Below, piece by piece: positions 41,790 to 52,635 of a stretch of 64,000 nucleotides of DNA. Below the pieces are notes generated by a model. That model saw nothing but the letters and a program-made list of their open reading frames with translations, was not told the DNA's origin and did no database searches. Within the stretch, counting starts at the first letter, position 1; every line of letters starts with the position of its first letter. This DNA is from Stellaceae bacterium (GTDB taxonomy: Bacteria > Pseudomonadota > Alphaproteobacteria > ATCC43930 > CGMCC-115725). The stretch is from NCBI GenBank assembly GCA_035277525.1, contig DATEKH010000147.1:12795-76794 (forward strand). Direction: 5' to 3'. The position numbers and the translations under genes are program-made.

Positions 41790-43103
41790 ATGCTGACCGT
41801 AGAGGAAAACGAGCTTTTGTGCCGCGTCGAGGGCAACGCGCCGATGGGCCAGCTTATGCGCCGGCATTGGCTGCCCGCCTGCATGTCGGAGGAGGTGGCC
41901 GAGCCCGACGGCGCGCCTGCGCGCACGCGGCTCCTTGGCGAGGATCTCGTCGTCTTCCGCGACAGCAAGGGCAGGCTCGGCGTCCTGGGCGAGCATTGCC
42001 CGCATCGCCAAGCCTCGCTCGCTTTCGGGCGCAACGAGGAATGCGGCCTGCGCTGTCTCTATCACGGTTGGAAATTCGACATCGATGGCAATGTCCTCGA
42101 CATGTCCTGCGAGCCCGACAACGGCGCGCGGATGCGTGGCCATATCAAGCACAAAGCCTACCCTGCGCGCGAGGCGGGCGGCTTCGTCTGGGTCTATATG
42201 GGGCCAGCCGAGGAGCAGCCCGAATTCGAGCCGCCGATCTGGGCGCCGTCGCCGCGCACGAAAATCAGCATCGTCAAGATGCACACCGCGTGCAATTGGG
42301 CGCAGCCCTTGGAAGGCGCGATCGATTCCGCGCATTCATCGAGCCTCCATTCGACCAACATGCCGGCGATGCAGGTCGATGGCGCCAAGGCGACGGGCAC
42401 GAGCTGGCCGCGGCCCTCGACCGACAAGGCGCCGCGCATGCAGTTTCAACTGACCAATTTCGGCTTCCGCTACGCCGCCATCCGCAAGCCGATCGTCAAT
42501 GCGGAAACGCATGACTATGTGCGCATTACGGTGTTTGTTGCGCCCTTCACGGTGCTGATCCCGCCGAACGACCAGTATAACCTCACGCAGATGCTGATCC
42601 CGATCGACGATAACAACACGATGTTCTATTGGGTCGCCTGGCACGAGAGCAAAGGCATCGACCAGGAAGAGTGGCGCAGCTTCTGCGGCGCGCGCGTCGG
42701 CATCGAGCTCGACGCCGATTACCGCAAGGTGCGGACCCTCGGCAACCGCTTCCTGCAGGATCGCAGGGCGATGAAGCACGGCGACTTCACCGGCATCGCG
42801 GGCATTCCGGCGCAGGACATGGCGATGTGGGAATCGATGGGGCCGATCGTCGATCGCTCGCACGACTATCTCGGCGCGAGCGATGTCGCGGTCTCGCAGT
42901 TTCGGCGCCAGATGGTCGCCGCGGCCAAGCGTTTCGCTGAAGGCGGTCCGGCGATCGGCACGACGCAGCCGCACATCCCGCGGGTGAAGCTCGCCTCCTT
43001 CGAAGGCATCGTGTCGAAATCGACCGATTGGCGAACGCTGGGCGTCTCGGAGGAGGAGCTGGCGCTCCGGCAAACGACCGCCGCGCCGGCGCTGAGCGCA
43101 TGA
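41790..43103 (+). CDS. Rieske [2Fe-2S] non-haem iron oxygenase, phthalate-family (alpha-only) type
   Basis: MLTVEENELLCRVEGNAPMG.LMRRHW.P. Rieske site CPHRQASL....CLYHGWKFD. Mononuclear-iron region EGAIDSAHSSSLH. Confidence 0.88.
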   Translation: MLTVEENELLCRVEGNAPMGQLMRRHWLPACMSEEVAEPDGAPARTRLLGEDLVVFRDSKGRLGVLGEHCPHRQASLAFGRNEECGLRCLYHGWKFDIDGNVLDMSCEPDNGARMRGHIKHKAYPAREAGGFVWVYMGPAEEQPEFEPPIWAPSPRTKISIVKMHTACNWAQPLEGAIDSAHSSSLHSTNMPAMQVDGAKATGTSWPRPSTDKAPRMQFQLTNFGFRYAAIRKPIVNAETHDYVRITVFVAPFTVLIPPNDQYNLTQMLIPIDDNNTMFYWVAWHESKGIDQEEWRSFCGARVGIELDADYRKVRTLGNRFLQDRRAMKHGDFTGIAGIPAQDMAMWESMGPIVDRSHDYLGASDVAVSQFRRQMVAAAKRFAEGGPAIGTTQPHIPRVKLASFEGIVSKSTDWRTLGVSEEELALRQTTAAPALSA

Positions 43104-43189
43104 TGGCATCAAGCGCTGCCAGCTCGGACCTGAGGACGATCCAACGAGGAATAGCGCGCGGGTAGGGGAGGCGTATAGACTGCGCGCCG

Positions 43190-45505
43190 ATGTGGCGCGC
43201 ACTCCGTTGGTTTTTTCGCATCGCGTTCGTTTGTGTCGTGGTCGGCGTCGCCGGTATCTATCTGTGGCTGCGCTCGTCGCTCCCGCAAACCGATGGCCGG
43301 ATCGTTCTGCCGGGCTTAACCGAAGCGGTCAGCATTACGCGCGACACCCACGGCATTCCCACAATCAAGGCGCAGAACGAGCGCGACGCCGCCTTCGCCC
43401 TGGGCTTCGTTCACGCGCAAGACCGCCTCTTCCAGATGGACTTGATGCGGCGCTTGGGCGCAGGGCGGCTCGCTGAATGGTTCGGGCGGCCAGCGGTCGA
43501 GACCGACCGCGCGATGCGGATTATGGGACTCTACCGAGCCGCGCAAGCGCAATATGCGCTGCTCCCGCCGGCTCTGCGCCAGGTGTTCGACGCCTATGCC
43601 GCGGGCGTCAACGCTTTCCTCGCCAGTCGTCAAGGCGCCTTGCCGCCGGCATACGATTTGCTCGGCGTGCGTCCAGAGCCTTGGACGCCAGCGGATTCGC
43701 TGGTCTGGGGCAAGATCATGGATCTGCAGCTCGCCGCCAATTACCGCTTCGAGCTGTTGCGCGCGCGGCTGGCGCAACGCCTGACGCAGGATCAGCTCAA
43801 GGTGCTGTTCCCCGGCTATCGCGCGGATGCGCCGGTCGTGCTGGGCTCGCTCGATTCCGTCCTCGACGTTCTGCCGCCGCCGCTGCCTGCTTCCAACGAA
43901 TGGGTGGTGGACGGCAAGCATTCGCGCTCGGGCAAGCCGCTTCTCGCCAACGACACGCATCTGGGGTTCTCGGCGCCTGGCATCTGGTATCTTGCGCGCA
44001 TCGAGACGCCGCGGGGCACGCTCGCCGGCGTCACCTCGGCGGGCGAGCCGATGGTGGTTGTCGGGCACAATGACCGGATCGCCTGGGGCTTCACCACCAC
44101 CGGCGGCGATGTCGAGGACATTTTCGTCGAGATGCCCGATCCCGCGGATCCGACGCACTACCTGTCGCCCCAAGGCTCGGTGCCCTTTGTTACGCGTCAA
44201 GAGACAATCGAGATCAAGGGCACGAGCCCGCTCACCATCACGGTGAGAGCGACGCGGCACGGGCCGGTCATTTCCGATGGCCCGGCGGGCAATCCGGTCG
44301 GGGGCAAGACGGTGCTGGCGTTGTCGGCGACCTGGCTTCAGGGCGAGGATCGCACGCCGCAGGCCTTGTGGGGTGCGACCCACGCCCATGACTGGCAAAG
44401 CTTTCGCGCCGCGCTGCGCGACGCGGCCGCGCCCGAGCAGAACATCGTCTTCGCCGATACCGACGGGCATATCGGCTTCATCGCGCCGGCACGCATCCCG
44501 ATCCGCGCCAAGGGCGATGGCGCGGCGCCGGTCCCGGGCGCGGACGGTGCCTTTGATTGGACCGGCGACGTGCCGTTCGACGCGCTGCCCCAAAGCCTCG
44601 ATCCGCCGAGCGGGCGCTTTGTCGCCGCCAACAACAAGATCGTGCCCGACACCTATCCCTATCTCATCACCAAGGATTGGGAGCTGCCTTACCGCGCCGC
44701 GCGCATCGGCGAGCTGCTCGATCAAAAGCCGGTCGAGGATCCGGACGGTTTTGCCGCGATCCAAGCCGACACGGTGTCGCTGATGGCGCGGCGGCTCTTG
44801 CCGCTGATGCTCACCGCGAAGCCCGCCTCGCCCTTGGCGGAGGAGGCGATGCAGCGCCTTGGCCGCTGGGACGACCGCATGGCGCGCGGTCAGGTCGAGC
44901 CGCTGCTCTTCGTCGCCTGGCTGCGCGAATTCAACCGGCAAATCCTCGCCGACAAGCTCGGACCGATCTTTCCCGATTACTGGGGACTTCATCCCGATGT
45001 GATCGAGACCATCCTGACGGCGCATCGGGAATGGTGCGACACGCGCGACACGCCGGCGGTCGAAAGCTGCGCCCGCCAACTGGGCGCGGCGCTCGATCGC
45101 GCCGTCGCGGAGCTGGCGCAACGCTATGGCGGCGACATGAAAAGCTGGCTCTGGGGTCGCGCCCATGCGGCGAGTTTTGCGCACCCGATCTGGCAGCATC
45201 TGCCGTGGATCGCATCCTGGCTCGCGCTCGCCATTCCGGATGATGGCGGTTTCGATACGATCGACAACGCGACCATGGCGGTTGGCAATCCGGCGCAGCC
45301 CTTCACCGCGATCCATGGCCCGACCATGCGGATGATCGTTGACATGGCGGCGCCAGGGGAGGCGCGCTTCATGATCGTGCCCGGCGAATCGGGCAACATC
45401 CTCTCGGCGCATTACGGCGACCTGATGACGCCCTGGCGCGATGTCCGCTATCTGAGCTTCAGCGACGACAACAGCGGCGGCACGCTCGTGCTTGCGCCGC
45501 CCTAG
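43190..45505 (+). CDS. Penicillin/AHL acylase-family Ntn hydrolase with an N-terminal membrane anchor
   Basis: 771 aa. TM segment FRIAFVCVVVGVAGIYLW. Alpha-chain motifs GFVHAQDRLFQMD. Processing site ..PASNEWVVDG with a Ser nucleophile. LANDTHL. Confidence 0.88.
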   Translation: MWRALRWFFRIAFVCVVVGVAGIYLWLRSSLPQTDGRIVLPGLTEAVSITRDTHGIPTIKAQNERDAAFALGFVHAQDRLFQMDLMRRLGAGRLAEWFGRPAVETDRAMRIMGLYRAAQAQYALLPPALRQVFDAYAAGVNAFLASRQGALPPAYDLLGVRPEPWTPADSLVWGKIMDLQLAANYRFELLRARLAQRLTQDQLKVLFPGYRADAPVVLGSLDSVLDVLPPPLPASNEWVVDGKHSRSGKPLLANDTHLGFSAPGIWYLARIETPRGTLAGVTSAGEPMVVVGHNDRIAWGFTTTGGDVEDIFVEMPDPADPTHYLSPQGSVPFVTRQETIEIKGTSPLTITVRATRHGPVISDGPAGNPVGGKTVLALSATWLQGEDRTPQALWGATHAHDWQSFRAALRDAAAPEQNIVFADTDGHIGFIAPARIPIRAKGDGAAPVPGADGAFDWTGDVPFDALPQSLDPPSGRFVAANNKIVPDTYPYLITKDWELPYRAARIGELLDQKPVEDPDGFAAIQADTVSLMARRLLPLMLTAKPASPLAEEAMQRLGRWDDRMARGQVEPLLFVAWLREFNRQILADKLGPIFPDYWGLHPDVIETILTAHREWCDTRDTPAVESCARQLGAALDRAVAELAQRYGGDMKSWLWGRAHAASFAHPIWQHLPWIASWLALAIPDDGGFDTIDNATMAVGNPAQPFTAIHGPTMRMIVDMAAPGEARFMIVPGESGNILSAHYGDLMTPWRDVRYLSFSDDNSGGTLVLAPP

Positions 45506-45559
45506 GCCCTGTTTACAGAGTCCTCGCGAGCCGCGACGATTATGTAAACAGGGCCTAGG
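45501..45559. repeat. 17-bp perfect inverted repeat overlapping the acylase stop codon
   Basis: cctaggccctgtttaca (45501-45517) pairs with tgtaaacagggcctagg (45543-45559) around a 25-nt loop. No U tract. Confidence 0.5.
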
Positions 45560-45649
45560 ACGCGGGCCGTCACGCGGGGCGCAATCGTGGTAAATAAAGT
45601 TTTGCTTCGGCGGGCGCGGCAACCCGAGCGAGGAAACTGTCGGCTTCTT

Positions 45650-45678
45650 TTATCGGTCCTTAACCCGAAGGCCGATAA
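45650..45678. promoter_or_regulatory. Imperfect palindrome upstream of the MarR-like gene (candidate operator or leader hairpin)
   Basis: ttatcggtcctt (45650-45661) pairs with aaggccgataa (45668-45678) with one bulged base. It lies 33 nt upstream of the ATG in an AT-rich leader. Confidence 0.3.
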
Positions 45679-45710
45679 ACTTCGTTGGAATTTCTTTCAA
45701 CGAGGACATC

Positions 45711-46187
45711 ATGCAGTCCGCGTATCTCGACATCATCGCGCTGGTCGAGCGGCTTCACCGCCAGTTTCTCGAGCTCGTGAAGCTCGAGCTCGACACGCAC
45801 AACGTGCACGACATCAATAACGTCCAGGCGATGATCCTCTACAATATCGGGGATCTCGAGATGACCGTCGGCGAGCTCACGCTGCGCGGCTGCTATCTCG
45901 GCTCGAACGTCTCCTACAATTTGAAGAAGATGCTGGAGAACGGCTATATCGTGCAGGAGCGCTCCTCGCATGACCGCCGCTCGGTGCGGGTGCGCCTCTC
46001 CGAGAAAGGCATGGGCCTGCACCAGAAGCTGAAGGTGATGCACGACCGGCATATCGCCTCGCTCGGCGGCGTGGTCCAGGCAGACGATCTCGGCGCGGCG
46101 CATCAGACCCTGCGCCGGCTCGAGCGCTTCTGGACCCATGCGGTCGAGTTGGGCGCCCGCGCGACGGCGTTTCCGCCAGCAGCTTAA
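45711..46187 (+). CDS. MarR-like winged-helix transcriptional regulator
   Basis: 158 aa. ..VQAMILYNIGDLEMTVGELTLRGCYLGSNVSYNLKKMLENGYIVQERSSHDRRSVRVRLSEKG. Confidence 0.75.
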   Translation: MQSAYLDIIALVERLHRQFLELVKLELDTHNVHDINNVQAMILYNIGDLEMTVGELTLRGCYLGSNVSYNLKKMLENGYIVQERSSHDRRSVRVRLSEKGMGLHQKLKVMHDRHIASLGGVVQADDLGAAHQTLRRLERFWTHAVELGARATAFPPAA

Positions 46188-46211
46188 TCCTTCAAGCAGT
46201 TCTTTTTGAGC

Positions 46212-46246
46212 AAACGCGCCGGTTCATCCGGCGCGTTTTCGTTTGG
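46212..46246 (+). terminator. Rho-independent terminator candidate after the MarR-like gene
   Basis: aaacgcgccgg (46212-46222), loop ttcat, then ccggcgcgttt (46228-46238), an 11-bp perfect stem followed by tcgtttgg. Confidence 0.6.
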
Positions 46247-46271
46247 GGCTGGTGGTCGGGCCGGCCTTGCA

Positions 46272-46769
46272 TCATACGATGATGCTCATAATGCCCTGGG
46301 TGCGCAGCGTATCCTGCGCCAGGATCGCCTTGCGCTCGGCGATCTTGAAGCTCGGGCCGTGGCGCAAGAGGCGATATTGGTATTGACCGACGAAGGTACT
46401 GATCCGCTCCATGCGGCAGCGATGAACCATGAAATTCGCCGTGACGCGAACGGCATCGCCTTCGACCGAGACGATTCGCACATTGGTGATGAGGCGCCGC
46501 GTTTGCGAACGCGGATTTTCGGCCCAGGCGGTGTCGCCCAGGAGCTGGCGTACGCGCGAGCGAATGCGGATGAGATCGTCCGCGACCAGGAAGACGCTTT
46601 GCGTCGGGTCACGGCCGGGATCGTCGAGCGCCGGAACATGGCTGATCGCGTCCTCGGTGAAGAGCGCGGCCCATTCCTCGAGCCGCCAATTGTCGAGAAG
46701 CTCGGCTTCCTCATAAAGGAAATGCTCGACTTCGGCACGAAGCGCGGGATCGGCGATGGCTGGCAGCAT
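46272..46769 (-). CDS. Aromatic ring-hydroxylating dioxygenase beta subunit (NTF2/SnoaL fold)
   Basis: 165 aa. F.YEEA.LLD......W..LF.ED and the family-typical length. Directly downstream of the alpha subunit. Confidence 0.85.
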   Translation of the reverse strand: MLPAIADPALRAEVEHFLYEEAELLDNWRLEEWAALFTEDAISHVPALDDPGRDPTQSVFLVADDLIRIRSRVRQLLGDTAWAENPRSQTRRLITNVRIVSVEGDAVRVTANFMVHRCRMERISTFVGQYQYRLLRHGPSFKIAERKAILAQDTLRTQGIMSIIV

Positions 46770-46787
46770 GGCGCGTCTCCGGAAGCG

Positions 46788-48029
46788 CTATTGCGCGACC
46801 AATTCGCGCCAGCGCCGCCAGAAGGCGCGCATCTGCAGTTCGTCGCTCGGTTGCGGATGCTCGCGCAGCATGCCGCGCGAGCATTCGATGAAGGCGTCCT
46901 CCGGCAAGGTCGCACAATTCTTCTGGATCAGCTCCATCACCTCGACGTCGTCTGGCGTGGCATGTCCGGCTGGGCCGAGGAAGGACAGATAAATGTCGAG
47001 GCGCTGCTTGCGCACTTCCGGGTCGTCCACGGCCGGCATCAAGGGCCAGGCGGTGATCTCGGCGTGATCGGCCGCGAGCGGGAAGCAGGTGCGGATGACG
47101 CGCCGCTGCTCGATGTAAAGCGTGTTGGGAAACAGCACCAGGGTCCGGGTGTAATCCAGCATCCGAGTGGCGCGGTCCTTGCCGAATTTCGCTTCCCAGC
47201 GCGCGCGCTTGGCTTCGTCGGCGATGCCGCTGAACTTGCGATATTCGATCACGGCGTGACCGTTGCCGAGCGCTTTGGGGCTGTGGGCGCCCTGGTTGGC
47301 GCTGCGCGGATCGGGCGGCTTGAGGCCGAGCACATTCGGCAGATAGTCGTGCATGAAACGGCTATGCGTCGAATTCAGGTGATAGATGTCGACGGTGTTT
47401 TCCATCAGCATTTTCCAATTGGCGCGCATCGAATACTCATGCGTGCCGGGCAGAATCGCGCTGCCGTCCTCGTCCTGGTCGAGGATCATGTCGAGATAGC
47501 CGCGCGCATCGGCGAGATAGCTCTCGAGGCTTTCGGTCTCGCGGCTGAAGCAGGCGAAAAGCCAGCCGCGGTAATTCTGCGCGCGCACCTCGTAAAGCCC
47601 CATCTCCTCGGTCTTGAAGCCGGGACCATAGGAATCGCGCCCCGGCACGCCGATCAGTCGGCCTTGATTGTCGTAGCTCCAATAGTGATAGAAGCACTGG
47701 AAGTTCCGAGCGTTGCCGGATGGGTGGCGGCAGACCATCGCGCCGCGATGACGGCAGCTGTTGTGGAAGAGGCGAATCTGGCCATCGCTGCCGCGAACGA
47801 TGAGGACCGGCCGGCCGCCGACGCGGCGAGTGAGGAAATCGCCGGCCTTCGGCGCCTCGCTTTCATGCCCGGCATAGAGCCACGAGCGGTCGAAGATGCG
47901 CCGCTGTTCGCGCTGAAACAGCTCGGGGTCGGAATAGACCTTTGGGCTGAAGCGAAAGATGCCCTGCTGGGCGTCCTCGTGGAACAACGCCTCTGCGCTG
48001 CTGCGTCCGAAGAGTGCTGCCGTGTCCAT
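46788..48029 (-). CDS. Aromatic ring-hydroxylating dioxygenase alpha subunit (Rieske)
   Basis: Start at ATG 48029 with a GGGAGG RBS. Rieske site CRHRGAMVC....CFYHYWSY. Catalytic-domain NWK...EN..D.YH. Confidence 0.88.
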   Translation of the reverse strand: MDTAALFGRSSAEALFHEDAQQGIFRFSPKVYSDPELFQREQRRIFDRSWLYAGHESEAPKAGDFLTRRVGGRPVLIVRGSDGQIRLFHNSCRHRGAMVCRHPSGNARNFQCFYHYWSYDNQGRLIGVPGRDSYGPGFKTEEMGLYEVRAQNYRGWLFACFSRETESLESYLADARGYLDMILDQDEDGSAILPGTHEYSMRANWKMLMENTVDIYHLNSTHSRFMHDYLPNVLGLKPPDPRSANQGAHSPKALGNGHAVIEYRKFSGIADEAKRARWEAKFGKDRATRMLDYTRTLVLFPNTLYIEQRRVIRTCFPLAADHAEITAWPLMPAVDDPEVRKQRLDIYLSFLGPAGHATPDDVEVMELIQKNCATLPEDAFIECSRGMLREHPQPSDELQMRAFWRRWRELVAQ

Positions 48030-48051
48030 GGTCCCTCCCGTTGTGGCAGGT

Positions 48052-49239
48052 TCAGAATGCCGCGAGCCCGGTCTGCGCGCGGCCGAGGATGAGGGCGTGG
48101 ATGTCGTGCGTGCCCTCATAGGTGTTGACGGTCTCGAGATTCATCATGTGACGGATCACGTGATATTCGTCGACAATGCCGTTGCCGCCGTGCATGTCGC
48201 GCGCCATGCGCGCGATGTCGAGCGCCTTGCCGGTCGAGTTGCGCTTCAGGATCGAGACCATCTCGGGCGTCGCGCGGCCTTCGTCCTTGAGCCGGCCGAG
48301 CCGGAGGCAGGCATGAAGCCCGAGCGTGATCTCGGTCATCATGTCGGCGAGCTTCTTTTGCACGAGCTGGGTCGCGGCCAAGGGCTTGCCGAAGGCATGG
48401 CGCGCGAGCGTGTAGTCGCGCGCCGCGTGCCAGCAGAACTCGGCGGCGCCGAGCGCGCCCCAGGCGATGCCGTAGCGCGCATTGTCGAGGCAGGTGAACG
48501 GGCCGCGCAAGCCGGTGACGCCCGGCAGGATGTTCTCCTCGGGCACGAACACGTCGGCCATCACGATCTCGCCGGTGATCGAGGCCCGGAGCGAGAATTT
48601 GCCTTCGATCTTCGGCGTCCCGAGGCCCTTCATGCCGCGCTCCAGGATGAAGCCGCGGATCGTCTCGTCGAGCTTTGCCCAGACCACCATGATATCGGCG
48701 ATTGGCGAGTTGCTGATCCACATCTTGGCGCCGTTCAAGACGTAGCCGCCATCGACCTTCTTGGCGCGGCTTTTCATGCCGCCGGCATCGGAGCCGTGAT
48801 CGGGCTCGGTCAGCCCGAAGCAGCCGATCATCGCGCCGGTCGCGAGCTTCGGCAGGTATTTGGCCCTCTGCGCCTCGGTGCCGAAATCATGGATCGGCCC
48901 CATCACCAGCGAGGACTGAACGCTCAAACTGGAGCGATAGCCGCTGTCGACGCGCTCCAACTCGCGCGCGACGAGGCCGTAGCAGACATAGCTGACGCCG
49001 GCGCAGCCATAGCCCGAGATCGTCGAGCCGAGAAAGCCCAGCGCGCCCATCTCGTTCATGATCTCGCGGTCGAAGCTCTCGCTGCGGAACGCCGCCTGGA
49101 TCCGCGGCATGAGCTTGTCCTGCGCATAGGCGCGCGCGCTGTCGCGCACCAGCTTTTCCTCGCTCGTGAGCATGTCCTCGAAGAGCAGCGGGTCCTGCCA
49201 GTTGAAGCTCGGCCTGTCCTTGCGCGGCGCGGTCGCCAT
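48052..49239 (-). CDS. gcdH: Glutaryl-CoA dehydrogenase
   Basis: 395 aa. FNWQDPLL....L..EE. N-terminus, [13 protein letters not shown], and [10 protein letters not shown] near the C-terminus. Confidence 0.92.
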   Translation of the reverse strand: MATAPRKDRPSFNWQDPLLFEDMLTSEEKLVRDSARAYAQDKLMPRIQAAFRSESFDREIMNEMGALGFLGSTISGYGCAGVSYVCYGLVARELERVDSGYRSSLSVQSSLVMGPIHDFGTEAQRAKYLPKLATGAMIGCFGLTEPDHGSDAGGMKSRAKKVDGGYVLNGAKMWISNSPIADIMVVWAKLDETIRGFILERGMKGLGTPKIEGKFSLRASITGEIVMADVFVPEENILPGVTGLRGPFTCLDNARYGIAWGALGAAEFCWHAARDYTLARHAFGKPLAATQLVQKKLADMMTEITLGLHACLRLGRLKDEGRATPEMVSILKRNSTGKALDIARMARDMHGGNGIVDEYHVIRHMMNLETVNTYEGTHDIHALILGRAQTGLAAF

Positions 49240-49282
49240 CGATGTCTCCCTCTCGCTCCGAAAACGGCGCTATTCTAACGTC

Positions 49283-49468
49283 ATGGCGGCGGAGCGCGAG
49301 GTCATCTTTGAGTTCGTGCGCGTGGGCGGAACGGTGAAGGTCACCGCGCTCGACGTTGCGAGCGGCGTCGAGGTTTCGATCGTCGCGCCGACCTCGGCGG
49401 GCGAGGCTGCGATGAAACGCCTCGCCAAGCAAAAGCTCGACTATGTGATGGCGAAAGGCGGCCGCTAG
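49283..49468 (+). CDS. Conserved small hypothetical protein (61 aa)
   Basis: MAAEREVIFEFVRVGGTVKVTALDVASGVEVSIVAP..... This type of short protein recurs in Rhizobiales as far as I recall. GC3-biased frame. Confidence 0.5.
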   Translation: MAAEREVIFEFVRVGGTVKVTALDVASGVEVSIVAPTSAGEAAMKRLAKQKLDYVMAKGGR

Positions 49469-50328
49469 GCGGTCCGCAGCTTCGCTTCGACTTGCCGCTT
49501 GATGAGGACGCGCAGCGCGCCCAAAAGCGCCACGGCGCTGGTCGAGACCAAGACGATCCAGGCCGGCCGGATTCCGGTCTCGAGCGAGAAATCCGCCATC
49601 AGCACGAGCCCGAAAGGCGCGCCCATGGCGAGCGTGAAATAGGCGGCTTCGCCCAGCGCGGTGAGCGCGCCGGCGGCAAGGCTCATCGCCGCCATCGCGG
49701 CAAGCGGCAGCTTGCCGCGGCCAAAGCGCCAGGCGAGCGCGCGGCATCCCATCAGCCAGACAAAGATGCCCGCCATGACCGTGGGTTCCCACTCGTCGAG
49801 CTTCGATTGCATGAAGTAGTGGATGACGGCGAGCAACGCGATCGCATAGAGGATGCGGTGAAGCTTTTGCCAGCGCCGTGCGCCGAGGCGGCGCTGCCAG
49901 CCATCGGTCGAGGTGATGGCGAGCACGCCGAGCCCCAAAAGCGCGCTGAAACCGATGGTGAGATAGATACGCAGGACGATCTCGGAGGCGACGGTCGGGA
50001 TGTCGAAAGCCTCGTCCGCGGTATAGAGCGAGAGATGCACGAGAACATAGACAAAGGCCGCGACGCCGACCATGCGTCGCACCTGCAGAAGCTGTGGCCA
50101 CCGCAGCACGACTCGTGCCGGCGATATCGCCAGCGCGATGAAGACCAGACGGATCGTCCAATCGCCGAACTGGTGAATGGCCTCGGTCAGCGGCCGCGCG
50201 CCCAAAAGCCCGAGATCGAAGGAGATCGCCGTCCACAGGCCCGGCACGAACAGGGCTGCGAGCACGAGCGCTTTCAGCGGCGAGAACCGGCCGTCATGAT
50301 CGTACCAAGGAAGATTGCGCAAGCTCAT
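49465..50328 (-). CDS. Ferric-reductase-like transmembrane protein (MsrQ/YedZ-like) with extra C-terminal helices
   Basis: Start at ATG 50328 (MSLRNLPWYD..). MsrQ-like GDWTIRLVF..LAISP...., haem-His helices (VHLSLY, LAVIHY), and about 80 additional hydrophobic C-terminal residues. Confidence 0.7.
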   Translation of the reverse strand: MSLRNLPWYDHDGRFSPLKALVLAALFVPGLWTAISFDLGLLGARPLTEAIHQFGDWTIRLVFIALAISPARVVLRWPQLLQVRRMVGVAAFVYVLVHLSLYTADEAFDIPTVASEIVLRIYLTIGFSALLGLGVLAITSTDGWQRRLGARRWQKLHRILYAIALLAVIHYFMQSKLDEWEPTVMAGIFVWLMGCRALAWRFGRGKLPLAAMAAMSLAAGALTALGEAAYFTLAMGAPFGLVLMADFSLETGIRPAWIVLVSTSAVALLGALRVLIKRQVEAKLRTA

Positions 50329-50440
50329 TGCCGCGATTTTTCTAGCGCAAGCGCTCGCCTGCGCCCACGGGAAACCCTTCACGATTCGGCGATTTTGCAG
50401 CCTTGCTCCGGGCGCGACACCCGCATAATTTGAATTCCCC

Positions 50441-51354
50441 ATGAGTTACTTCCTGCAGCAACTGATCAACGGCCTGACGCTCGGCGCGATCTATGGCTTG
50501 ATCGCCATCGGCTACACCATGGTTTACGGCATCGTCGGCATGATCAATTTCGCCCATGGCGAGATTTACATGATCGGCGCCTTCGTCTCGCTCATCACCT
50601 TTTTCGTTCTGGGCGTGGCCGGGGTTACATGGGTACCGCTCGCCTTGGCGCTGGTTCTGGTCTCGGCGATGATTTTCACGGCTTTTTACGGCTGGACGGT
50701 CGAGCGGGTCGCCTACCGGCCATTGCGGGGCTCTTTCCGCCTGGCGCCGCTCATCTCGGCGATCGGCATGTCGATCTTCCTGCAAAACTATGTCCAGCTC
50801 GTGCAAGGGGCGCAGGTGAAAAGCATGCCGCCGGTAATCAATGGCGGCTTCCGCCTGATGGAGACAAACGGCTTCGTCGTCCAGCTCAGCTATCTTCAGA
50901 TCATGATCATGCTGACGACGGTCGCGCTGATGGCGGGGTTCAGCATCATGATCGCGGCGACGCCGCTCGGCCGGGCGCAGCGCGCCTGCGAGCAGGACAT
51001 GACCATGGCGGCGCTGTTGGGCATCAACGTCGATCGCACCATCTCGACGACCTTTATCATCGGCGCCATCCTCGCGGCCGTGGCCGGCATGATGGTCACG
51101 CTCTATTACGGCGTGATCGATTTCTTCATCGGCTTTCTTGCCGGCATGAAGGCGTTCACCGCCGCGGTCCTGGGCGGCATCGGCTCGCTGCCCGGCGCCA
51201 TGCTGGGCGGCTTGCTGATCGGCCTCATCGAGGCGTTTTGGGCGGGGTATTTCAACGCCGCCTACAAGGACGTCGCGGTGTTCGGCATCCTCGTTCTCGT
51301 GCTCATCCTGCGGCCTTCCGGGCTTCTCGGGCGTCCCGAGGTGGAGAAGGTTTG

Positions 51355-51355
<1 letters not shown>
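50441..51355 (+). CDS. livH: Branched-chain amino acid ABC transporter permease LivH
   Basis: MSYFLQQLINGLTLGAIYGLIAIGYTMVYGI.GMINFAHGE is the canonical LivH N-terminus. Confidence 0.92.
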
Positions 51356-52631
<1,276 letters not shown>

Positions 52632-52635
<4 letters not shown>

